A DNA stretch of 37,648 nt from a bacterium (GTDB lineage: Bacteria > Zhuqueibacterota > Zhuqueibacteria > Residuimicrobiales > Residuimicrobiaceae). Shown here piece by piece: positions 17,830 through 25,898 of the stretch (positions are counted from its first letter, which is position 1; every line of letters starts with the position of its first letter). The notes below the pieces were generated by a model. It worked only from the letters and a program-made list of their open reading frames with translations, had not been told where the DNA came from and did not search any database. A program made the translations under genes and the position numbers. The stretch is taken from positions 1-37,648 of the forward strand of contig JAAYTV010000002.1 of NCBI GenBank assembly GCA_012523655.1, written 5' to 3'.

Positions 17830-19632
17830 TTATAAATAGTCTTTGCGAAAATCTTTGATCTTGGATTTCTCTTTCAGAGCCGCATACCACTGACCGAACA
17901 TGCTCTGTTGACGCCGGTTGAGGATCTGGTTTTTAAGGTTTTCCTTTTGCGAGGCGAATTCTTGTTCGTTGAAGCTGCTTTTCTCGATCAGGCGGAGCAG
18001 AAAATAACCTCGGCTGCCTTCCACCGGCTTGGACACCTGACCGGGTTTCAGGGCAAAGGCGGCGCCCACGAACGCGGGTTCTTTGCCGATGTTCGGCACA
18101 TAACCGGTCATGGGAAATGAATCAGTGGTTTGGACGGCCAGTCCGTTTTCCGCAGCCACGGCAGCCAGCGAAGCGGCGGACGCGGCTCGGCTGTAGGCCG
18201 CCTGGCATTTTTCCCTTGCCACGGCCATGGCTTTATCGTGTTTGAGTTTGTTGACGATTTGTTCTTTGACTTCCGTCAGGCTTCGCACGTGTGCAGGAAG
18301 GATGTCCAGAACCTGCAGCACCAGGTAGCCGCGTTCGATTTGGAACACATCACTGACGGTGCCCTTTTTGCTGCGGAAGACGAAATTGTTCACGCGCGAT
18401 TCCATGCCCACTTCGGGGATAAATCCTCCGGAGAAGAACGGCTGGCTTCTTTTACACACCAATTTTTCCGCTTTGGCGATGGTGGCAAGGTTCGATTCCT
18501 TGGCTGCTTCGGCCAAATAGGCCGCTTCTTCGCGCAGATTTTCCCGCGTCTTGGGGCTGATCTCGTATTTGAGCAGAATATGTTTGGCCTGGACCTGCGG
18601 CTCCTTATTCTCGATTCTTTTATCTTCGACTTTGATGATGTGCACGCCGAACTGGGATTCGATCGGGCCGACGATTTCGCCCTTGGCGGCTGCGAACGCC
18701 GCCTCTTCAAAGGGTTTGACCATTTGGCCTTTGCCGAACCAGCCGAGATCGCCGCCGTTTTTGGCTGAGCCGGCGTCCTGGGAATAGATTTGCGCCAGAT
18801 TGGCAAAGTCGGTTCCGGATTTGGCTTCCTTGAGGATGTCGGCAGCCTGGCTGAGGATGGTTTCGCTGTCCGCTTTAGTGGCTTTGAACTCTAGCAGCAC
18901 ATAATCGATGATCCGCTGTTCCGCTTGCTGATAGTCTGATTTGTTTTCATCATAATACTTTTTAATTTCGTTTTCAGACGGAGCGGCCGCAGAGGCGGCA
19001 TACTGATCCGCTGAAAAGAGCAGATACTCTACTTTGGCTTTCAAGTTGCGCTTCATGTATTCCTGCCGGGCGTCGTCTTCGGTCACCACCGCAGAGGCGC
19101 GGATGAAGTTGTCCAATTTGCGCATGGGCAGGGAGGAGCGCAGATAGTCTTCCACCGCGGTCCAGAACTGGCCGGCGCCGGGATTGTCCAGCGCAGCCTG
19201 ATAGCTCTTCATGTCGAATGCGCCGGTGCTGTCCTGGAACACCCGGTTCTGGCGCAGTTCCTGCGGCGGATTGTTGTAGATCTCTTCGAGGATCTCATCG
19301 TCGGAAGCGTCGAGATGGACTTTTTTGACCACGTCGCTGAGCAGGCGCTGCTGCACCAAATTTTCGAACACCTGGTTCTCGATCTGCTGCAGCTGATAGC
19401 CTTCCGGATCGCTGCCCGATTGTTCGCGATACTGAGCGAGTTCGTTTTGATAACGTTGGGTGAACTCTTCATAGTGAATTTCATTGCCGTTTACCGAGGC
19501 GATAACGCCCTGGGGCTGGTTTCGTTTCAGCCCCCCCATCCCCCAGTCCACGACAATGGTGGCAATGAAGGCAAAGACCAGAATCATCAGGATGGTTTTG
19601 GTGCCTTCGCGCAGTTTATTCATCATTCCCAT
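17830..19632 (-). CDS. ppiD: Periplasmic chaperone / parvulin-type peptidyl-prolyl isomerase, PpiD-like
   Basis: 600 aa. It has an N-terminal TM anchor (TILMILVFAFIATIVV), a SurA-N-like region and a parvulin block GGDLGWFGKGQMVKPFEEAAF..GPIESQFGVHIIKV. AAGGA lies 6 nt upstream of the ATG. Confidence 0.8.
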   Translation of the reverse strand: MGMMNKLREGTKTILMILVFAFIATIVVDWGMGGLKRNQPQGVIASVNGNEIHYEEFTQRYQNELAQYREQSGSDPEGYQLQQIENQVFENLVQQRLLSDVVKKVHLDASDDEILEEIYNNPPQELRQNRVFQDSTGAFDMKSYQAALDNPGAGQFWTAVEDYLRSSLPMRKLDNFIRASAVVTEDDARQEYMKRNLKAKVEYLLFSADQYAASAAAPSENEIKKYYDENKSDYQQAEQRIIDYVLLEFKATKADSETILSQAADILKEAKSGTDFANLAQIYSQDAGSAKNGGDLGWFGKGQMVKPFEEAAFAAAKGEIVGPIESQFGVHIIKVEDKRIENKEPQVQAKHILLKYEISPKTRENLREEAAYLAEAAKESNLATIAKAEKLVCKRSQPFFSGGFIPEVGMESRVNNFVFRSKKGTVSDVFQIERGYLVLQVLDILPAHVRSLTEVKEQIVNKLKHDKAMAVAREKCQAAYSRAASAASLAAVAAENGLAVQTTDSFPMTGYVPNIGKEPAFVGAAFALKPGQVSKPVEGSRGYFLLRLIEKSSFNEQEFASQKENLKNQILNRRQQSMFGQWYAALKEKSKIKDFRKDYL

Positions 19633-19738
19633 ATGGAATCCTTTTTTTAGAATGAGCTAAAGAGCTAAAACATGTCAAATTAAGACAAATTCGCCAAAGA
19701 ATCAAGGGTTTTTCCGGCAGAGGCGACGCTTTTGCATG

Positions 19739-19769
19739 AAAAAGGCCTGCAGAAAATCCGCAGGCCTTT
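19739..19769 (-). terminator. Rho-independent terminator ending the surface-protein operon
   Basis: Stem AAAGGCCTGC/GCAGGCCTTT (19741-19750 / 19760-19769). On the minus strand the GC core is followed by T5. It lies 84 nt past the stop at 19853. Confidence 0.7.
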
Positions 19770-19852
19770 GGGAGGTATCCGTTTGGGAGGAACGAACGGA
19801 TGGTTGCTGCAACTCGACCCCGGCGACCGCCGGTTCGAATAAAGACAGGGGG

Positions 19853-20818
19853 CTACTTGATCAACGCCATTTTTTTGACCTGATGATAGGAGCCCGCTTT
19901 CATCACATACAGATACATGCCTGAAGGCAGGGAGCGGCCGTCAAAGTTGATTCTGTGAATGCCGGCGGCGAGCTTGCCGTCCACCAGCGTGGCCACTTCA
20001 CGGCCGAGCAGATCAAAGACCACCAGCTGAACGCGTCCCTCTTCCTTCACCTTGAACATGATCTCTGTGGTGGGATTGAAGGGATTGGGGAAATTCTGGC
20101 CCAGCTCATAGCGATCCGGAACCGCCAGGTTGATCTCCTTGATATCGGAGAGCATCACCTGGCCGTCGGTGTCGATCTGTTTCAGGCGATAATAATATTT
20201 GCCGCTGACCACGTCCTTGTCCACATAGCTATAGGATTGTGCGGCGGTGGTGGAGCCGGCGCCGGACAGAAATGCGATCTTTTCAAAGGTCTGACCGTTC
20301 TGGCTGCGCAGCACTTCAAAACCAAAGTTGTTGGTTTCGCTGACCGTCTTCCACTCCAAGGTCACTTCATAGCCCCAGCCGCGATCGCGACAGGCGGCGG
20401 CAAAGGAGACCATCTCCACCGGCAGGGCGGTGTTGCCCACATTCTGCAGCCCGCCGGTTTCCGCTTCACTTTTAGTCACATATCGGCTGGAGCTTTGGGC
20501 GCCGGCAAAGGGGCCAGTGCCGATATTGGTGAACAGCACCACCAGGGTATCGCCGGCCTTCCAGGAAGGCAGGATCGCGGCGAAATCCGTCAGGTTGATC
20601 TGCCACCCGCCGGTATCGGAGCAGGAATCCGCCGCCGTCGTATCGACGATATCGCTGGTGAGATAGGCGCGGTAGATGATCTCTTTTTCCAAAGGAATCG
20701 AGGCATCGGGATTTTGCACCGTGCCATAGATGATGTTGTCCAGTTGGGCGAACCCAATTCCGGCCGTGCCCAGCAAAAAGCTCAGCATGACCGTTGTTAT
20801 AAGCGTTCTGTATTTCAT
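19853..20818 (-). CDS. Secreted protein with a T9SS (Por) type-A C-terminal sorting domain
   Basis: I prefer the ATG at 20818 (MKYRTLITTVMLSFLLGTAGIGFAQ signal peptide), which has a GGAGG upstream. The Fn3-like block LPVEMVSFAA..EWKTVSETNNFGFEVLRS..YYYRLKQIDTDG is typical of FCB-group surface proteins. The last ~85 aa (LGQNFPNPFNPTTEI..GMYLYVMK..) match the T9SS CTD pattern. Confidence 0.85.
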   Translation of the reverse strand: MKYRTLITTVMLSFLLGTAGIGFAQLDNIIYGTVQNPDASIPLEKEIIYRAYLTSDIVDTTAADSCSDTGGWQINLTDFAAILPSWKAGDTLVVLFTNIGTGPFAGAQSSSRYVTKSEAETGGLQNVGNTALPVEMVSFAAACRDRGWGYEVTLEWKTVSETNNFGFEVLRSQNGQTFEKIAFLSGAGSTTAAQSYSYVDKDVVSGKYYYRLKQIDTDGQVMLSDIKEINLAVPDRYELGQNFPNPFNPTTEIMFKVKEEGRVQLVVFDLLGREVATLVDGKLAAGIHRINFDGRSLPSGMYLYVMKAGSYHQVKKMALIK

Positions 20819-20847
20819 GGTATAACCTCCAAACAGTTCTGGGTAAA

Positions 20848-20870
20848 GGGGGGGCGAAGGCCGTCCCCCC
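20848..20870 (-). other. GC-rich intercistronic hairpin between the 1489-aa gene and the T9SS-CTD gene
   Basis: GGGGGGGCG / CGTCCCCCC (20848-20856 / 20862-20870) forms 9 bp including one G-U, with a 5-nt loop. On the minus strand only TTT follows. Confidence 0.5.
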
Positions 20871-20882
20871 ACATTGATTCGC

Positions 20883-23800
20883 TTATTGCGGCCATGTAGC
20901 TGGTGCGCTGGTGCTGGCGTTGATCAGCACGGGTTCACCAGGGGCGATGGAGAAATTTTCCGTTTGACGCGAGATGCCGGGAATGTAGACCTGGCTGAAG
21001 CGATTCTTCGCCGGATCGAGCTTGAGCACTGCGCGTACGCCGCCGATGGCCGCCGCCAGACCGGAGGCGTTCTGAATCGTGAGCTTGTCCAGAGGCAGCG
21101 TGATTTCCGTGTATTTGCCCGCAGCGCTCCGATTGATGGTGAAATGGATGGAAGCAGGATCAGGCACGGCGCCGGTCATGAACCAGTCTTCAGCCGCCAG
21201 GTGGTTGACCGCCACGAGCACCGGAGCGCCGACGTTGAGGGTGAAATCGTCCTTGGCACGGCTGATGCCGGGGATAAAGACCTTGCTGAACCGGTTGGTG
21301 GTAGAGTCCAGTTTGACCACCGCCACCACGCTGCCGACCGAAGAGGCAACCTGGCTGGCTTTGACCAGCGTGCTGTTGATCAGCGGCAAGGAAAGATAGG
21401 TGTAAGCGGTCTGAGTCGGAACCGTGGGTCTGTTGATGGTGAATCCATACTTGCCGACCCGGTTGGTGATCTCGGATTCATTGTCGCTGTCGATGGCGCG
21501 CACGCAAAAGTACTTGCGCAATTCCGGGCCGTTATAGCTGAACGCGGTGTCCGCCGTGGTGATGACCAGCTCCCCTTCGGTTTCCGGATCGAAATGGGCT
21601 TTGGTCCCATGGCTGAACAGCTGATAGCGCACGCCAAAAAGCTCCGGGGTGTTGTTGATGCCGTCGGTTACTTTGCGCCAGTGCAGCTGCACGGTGACGC
21701 CGGCTTTGTCCGCTGCAATGGCTGCGGGTTTTTTCGGCGGAATGTTGTCGATCGCCCGCCCGCTGCCCATGACCGTGCCGGACATAAGTTTCTCGCTCTG
21801 CACCGCAGCGAGGGTGGCGTCTGACGTGCGTTTGCCGGAGATCACCGGTCGGCCGCGGTCGCGCAGCAGCACCGGATGAAGGTCTGTCAGGGTCAGCCAG
21901 CCGTCGCTCGCTGTAGCCGACAGGGCGGAGATCGTCTTGCTGGGATCCCAAACCGCGCGCACCCAGAAGCGGGCGGAATCCTGGTTGCCGAAGAACAGCT
22001 TGACGCGCATCGAATCCCGGGCCGTGCCGGTGGTGTCCGTGGCGGTGATGGTCTCTGTGTAGGTATAAATTTTCCCGCCCTGCTCGAAAAAGATCTCATA
22101 AAAGCTGATAGCGGGCTGAACGCCGAATCCCGGGTGGTTGGCGGAAAAATCCCAGGTGAGGTTGACAAAGCCGCCCTGATCGCCCGGCACATCGGTGACC
22201 GTCAGCCGGTTCGGCGCATCGATGGTCGGATCGATGACCGTAAACGGATCTGAGGTGGTGTAGAACCGATCGTAGCTGTCGTGTTTCACCGTCAGAGTGA
22301 GAAGCAGATTGCTGGTGGTCTGATAGCTGGTGATGGTGAAATAACCGATGCCGTTGTGCAATCTCTGCAGTCCGTCGGGCAGATCGATGTTGTCCTGCGA
22401 TAGATTGCTGGAGAGAGTGAACTGTTCCGGGAAATTTTCATCCACATTGCCGTAGCGATCGCGCGCGATCACCTCAATAGTGAAAGGAACGCCGCGATAG
22501 ATCTGTCCGTCCGGGACCAGTGAGATATCGAACTGACTGGCGGAGTGCGAACGGACGGTGAAAGAGGCAGTCTGCTGGTTGACATTGCCAACCAGGTCAT
22601 AGACTTTGCCGTCCTGTTCAGGATAAAAACGGATCAAGCCCTCTTGATTCGGCAGCCACCAGGATTGAGAGACTGCGTGCAGCCAAACCCGGCCGGGGCT
22701 GCTTTCCGCTACGTTGTCGAACACCCAGCTGATCTCATAATCCACGCCCATATTGAGATAGAAATCCCATTTGCCGAGCGTACTCTCATCGATGTCCTCG
22801 CTCAAATCCACCTGTACCTCATTGGTGCTGATGGTGCGTGCAGCCATGATGGCCGGGCCGGCTTTATCGCGAACGGGCATCAGCGGATCCGGCAGCGCTC
22901 GCATCACATTGTCCGCCCAGTCGGCAAACCCCAGGCCTGCGGCCACCTGGGCGTAAAGTATGTCGCCGGTGTCGCCGCCATAGGGGGTGAGAGAGGGTCC
23001 GGAACCAATGGTTTCATTGAAGCGAATATATACTTCCACCGTATCCACATAGTCCGGTGAACCCGGGTAGACGCTCAGATCCACGCCGAGGTTTTGTTTA
23101 GTGCCGTCATAACCGGTAATGGTCCAATTGGCCGGTCTGAAGTACTTGATCGGGTACACCGGTGATTCCGGATCAAACACCAGGCGCAGATGATCCAGTT
23201 TGCCGTCATAGTCTCGATCCACGGTCTCCAGCTGGAGCAATTTCGGTGCGATGTCGTCGCGCTTGACCGGCACGTCGGAGCCCAGCAGGCTCGGCGGTGC
23301 ATTGCTCAGACTGTAATCGTCATCCCATTGGGTGTTGCCGTTGTTGCCGGTGGAGGCCACGTCTCGGACCACATTGGGATTGAAAAAGTTGATAGCGCCG
23401 CTATCCAGTTTGGTCCATTCGGTTCCCATATGGTTGAGGTAAACCACGCTGTCGCGGCCGCTGCCGGAGAGGCCGGAATAGTATACGTTGACGCCGTTAT
23501 ACAGAGAGCCATTGACAAACCATTTGAACCGGGAGTTGCTGGCCGGCGAGGTGGGCCACGCGGCGGTGTTGACCTTTTCGCTGAAGACCATGCGAATGCG
23601 TTTCTTGCCTGCTGTAAAGGCTTTGATCAGGGCCGGTCCAGCTTTATCGCGCGCCTGCAAAGCATAGCCGTTGTTGCTGGAAAGGATCGTATCGGTGGCG
23701 TACAGGTCTTCGCACAGCCCCTGATTGTAGAAATCCCTGAATCCATTGGAGACGCCGGGATTGTAATAGGATAGAACCGGCACCACGCCGGTGTTGGCGA

Positions 23801-25352
23801 TTTTAGGAGTCGTGGCGATGAGGCGCAGGCGAACGGTGTCGTACGCCGCGCTCCAGTAGGTCACGCTTCCGGTCATACCGGCGATGCCGGTGCCGGAAAC
23901 CGAAAAACCCTCGGTGCTGGTGCGGGAAGGATCCATGGCGTGGTCAAAGACCACTTCGAGATAATCCAGAACGCCCCAGCCGTTCAGACCACCTGTACCC
24001 AGTTCAGACGGCAGGGCGTCCACGGTGTTGAACGCCAGGATGTTGGGCAGAATGCCGTCCTGAATAGTGACCATGGCGCCGCGGGACGGCGCCGGTCGTC
24101 CCGGCGGCATGGCGGCATTGGAAAGACCGTTATAGTTGTTGAGTAGGTCCTTCACCACACTGTCCGCCATAAATTGAATAGTGCCGGTGACGTTTCCATT
24201 GGGAAAATTATTGGTCAGCTGAAAATCAAGGACGTTGCTGCTGGTGCTGCTGATGATTGCAGAGATGGGATTGGTGCCCTCGTCGCCGGCCGGCAGATAA
24301 ATTTCAAAATCCGTGTCACCGGTATCGATGGTTTCGATGTTGACCGACTCACTGAAGGTCACTTCAATCTGCCTGCTGGTCAGTGCGCTGGCCAGTGGTT
24401 GGCGGCGCATGGCGCGTTTGGTCTTGGCCCGGACGATGACCGGTCCGGCTTTGTCCGTCAGTGCCAGAGAATTGGATTCTGCATAATGGAGTTTTTGTGA
24501 AGAACTGGCTTCACGGAACTTGTCCGCTTCGCCCGGAGGCGGCACATAGGTCAGGATGCCGGATATGCCGGTGTTGTAATCCGCAGAGTTGACAAAGATA
24601 GTAAAGCGGCGTTTGGTGCCGTTCCAATCGCCGACGCTGACCAGGCTCTGAATGTGCGTTTCCGCGCTCACCAGCCCGGAGAACATGGTCGGCGTGGCCA
24701 GAGTATTGCTGGTGCGCATATCCTCGCTCCAGATCAGATCGACGCGGTCTACATAACCGTCAAAAGCCGTTTTGCCGCCGGCGCCGTCGTCATAGTAATA
24801 GGCATGGCGGATGGTCGGTTTGATGCCGTCATCGCAGGTGCGGAAGCCAGAATCGATCTGCAGCGCCAGCTCAAAGCTACCCACGCGCAGCGCGCCGGCA
24901 TTGACCAGCATGACCCGCGGTCTGATCGCTGTGTTGTAGCCTGCGTTGTCCTCCCACAGAGAGTCGGCTTTCGGCGACCGGCCTTTGCGAATGGGGATGT
25001 AAAAATAAGCGTCCCGTTCGCCGCCGGCTACACCCGGAGGGCTGGTGACGATGCTGTCGCCGCTGACAGAATAGGTGTCCTGCCAGCCGAAGGCATCGGA
25101 GGGATTGGTTTCATTGTCGTTTCCGTCAAAATTCAAATCCACCAGAAAGGATACACCGGTGAACTGATCATTCAAGTTGTCTCCGCCCAGGGTGGACCCT
25201 TTGACTTGGATCTTGATCCATTTGGCGTAGCCGCTCTTGGTCGGGTCTGCTGTCTCACGGTTGACGATCGTCGCCAGTTGCGCAAATGACGAGACGGCCA
25301 TGACCAGGAGCAGTAGAACCGTAGTGAGTAAGTAGCTTTTGGTCCTATTCAT
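20883..25352 (-). CDS. Very large secreted modular surface protein with repeated SbsA/Big-like Ig-fold modules and Fn3-like domains. No T9SS CTD.
   Basis: 1489 aa with signal peptide MNRTKSYLLTTVLLLLVMAVSSFAQ and GGGAGG 7 nt upstream. Six alternating modules are marked by DDG/DGI/DDI-x-P and DKAGP motifs. An Fn3-like block reads PNRLTVTDVPGDQGGFVNLTW. The C-terminus is a tandem repeat. Confidence 0.9.
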   Translation of the reverse strand: MNRTKSYLLTTVLLLLVMAVSSFAQLATIVNRETADPTKSGYAKWIKIQVKGSTLGGDNLNDQFTGVSFLVDLNFDGNDNETNPSDAFGWQDTYSVSGDSIVTSPPGVAGGERDAYFYIPIRKGRSPKADSLWEDNAGYNTAIRPRVMLVNAGALRVGSFELALQIDSGFRTCDDGIKPTIRHAYYYDDGAGGKTAFDGYVDRVDLIWSEDMRTSNTLATPTMFSGLVSAETHIQSLVSVGDWNGTKRRFTIFVNSADYNTGISGILTYVPPPGEADKFREASSSQKLHYAESNSLALTDKAGPVIVRAKTKRAMRRQPLASALTSRQIEVTFSESVNIETIDTGDTDFEIYLPAGDEGTNPISAIISSTSSNVLDFQLTNNFPNGNVTGTIQFMADSVVKDLLNNYNGLSNAAMPPGRPAPSRGAMVTIQDGILPNILAFNTVDALPSELGTGGLNGWGVLDYLEVVFDHAMDPSRTSTEGFSVSGTGIAGMTGSVTYWSAAYDTVRLRLIATTPKIANTGVVPVLSYYNPGVSNGFRDFYNQGLCEDLYATDTILSSNNGYALQARDKAGPALIKAFTAGKKRIRMVFSEKVNTAAWPTSPASNSRFKWFVNGSLYNGVNVYYSGLSGSGRDSVVYLNHMGTEWTKLDSGAINFFNPNVVRDVASTGNNGNTQWDDDYSLSNAPPSLLGSDVPVKRDDIAPKLLQLETVDRDYDGKLDHLRLVFDPESPVYPIKYFRPANWTITGYDGTKQNLGVDLSVYPGSPDYVDTVEVYIRFNETIGSGPSLTPYGGDTGDILYAQVAAGLGFADWADNVMRALPDPLMPVRDKAGPAIMAARTISTNEVQVDLSEDIDESTLGKWDFYLNMGVDYEISWVFDNVAESSPGRVWLHAVSQSWWLPNQEGLIRFYPEQDGKVYDLVGNVNQQTASFTVRSHSASQFDISLVPDGQIYRGVPFTIEVIARDRYGNVDENFPEQFTLSSNLSQDNIDLPDGLQRLHNGIGYFTITSYQTTSNLLLTLTVKHDSYDRFYTTSDPFTVIDPTIDAPNRLTVTDVPGDQGGFVNLTWDFSANHPGFGVQPAISFYEIFFEQGGKIYTYTETITATDTTGTARDSMRVKLFFGNQDSARFWVRAVWDPSKTISALSATASDGWLTLTDLHPVLLRDRGRPVISGKRTSDATLAAVQSEKLMSGTVMGSGRAIDNIPPKKPAAIAADKAGVTVQLHWRKVTDGINNTPELFGVRYQLFSHGTKAHFDPETEGELVITTADTAFSYNGPELRKYFCVRAIDSDNESEITNRVGKYGFTINRPTVPTQTAYTYLSLPLINSTLVKASQVASSVGSVVAVVKLDSTTNRFSKVFIPGISRAKDDFTLNVGAPVLVAVNHLAAEDWFMTGAVPDPASIHFTINRSAAGKYTEITLPLDKLTIQNASGLAAAIGGVRAVLKLDPAKNRFSQVYIPGISRQTENFSIAPGEPVLINASTSAPATWPQ
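20886..21404 (-). repeat. Tandem duplication, at protein level, of a ~76-aa C-terminal domain of the 1489-aa protein
   Basis: Repeat A covers aa 1317-1394 (21171-21404): YTYLSLPL..ASQVASSVGSVVAVVKLDSTTNRFSKVFIPGISRAKDDFTLNVGAPVLV. Repeat B covers aa 1414-1489 (20886-21113): YTEITLPL..ASGLAAAIGGVRAVLKLDPAKNRFSQVYIPGISRQTENFSIAPGEPVLI. Identity is about 40% by eye. Confidence 0.8.
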
Positions 25353-25440
25353 GTTTTGCCTCCCTTTGGTTCTTGGTATCGAGTCGGTGCAATGATGCCT
25401 CCCAAAACAACCGAAAAAGCTTTCGGACTAATCATTATCC

Positions 25441-25455
25441 GCAAATTCAGTGCCA
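25441..25455 (-). promoter_or_regulatory. Sigma-54 (RpoN) -24/-12 promoter upstream of the 1489-aa surface-protein gene
   Basis: The reverse complement of 25441-25455 is TGGCAC-TGAAT-TTGC. This is an exact match to the fixed positions and spacing of TGGCAC-N5-TTGC. It is oriented toward the ATG at 25352, 89 nt downstream. Confidence 0.6.
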
Positions 25456-25898
25456 TTGTTGCAGCAAATAATGAAGGACGGTCAAATAATGTTACCAGTC
25501 CCGCAAAATGGTTAAAACAATAAATATTTGTTTATATGTAGATTATATTTTTTATCGCCGCAGCGGTGCGGTGGCCTGCGAGCGCCGGCCGGTGAAAAAT
25601 ACTGCCCTGGTAAAATTATCGTCACTGCGTGAAACATTTGTGCGGGAATGAAACAAATTCGGCCATGAATTGCAAAATGGTAATCGCAAATCCGTTTTGA
25701 TTTGGCGAATGGTTTTCGTAAATTTTATAATGACTGCAAAACAGTAAGCCGGATTTTTTGTGCAAAGGCATTCCAGGAGTGAGCCCCGCGGCCGAAACCA
25801 TGGGCTGCGGTGGACAAGCAAGGGTGGTGATCGATGACCCTTTGGACCATCGGTGGGTGAATTGCCTGACTCCAGGTGCCTGATCTGTTAAATGTACA

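Noticed and set aside
19832-19840. GGTTCGAAT (T-loop-like string) downstream of the T9SS-CTD gene, as a possible tRNA
   Set aside because: No complementary T-stem, acceptor stem or anticodon arm can be drawn around it. The flanks are AAAGAC and CGCC. It is not a tRNA.
20886-21404. C-terminal tandem repeat of the giant gene as a diversity-generating retroelement target (VR/TR pair)
   Set aside because: The two copies are diverged at most codon positions, not specifically at adenine-templated sites. There is no reverse transcriptase or Avd-like gene in the window. It is an ordinary ancient domain duplication.
25761-25830. Resemblance of GCAAAGGC .. GGACAAGCAAGGG to conserved segments of the c-di-GMP-I (GEMM-I) riboswitch
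   Set aside because: The intervening hairpin is far longer than in GEMM-I. It has no GNRA tetraloop/receptor arrangement. The match needs insertions. The downstream gene (CCA-adding enzyme) is not a typical target. I kept it only as an unclassified structured candidate.
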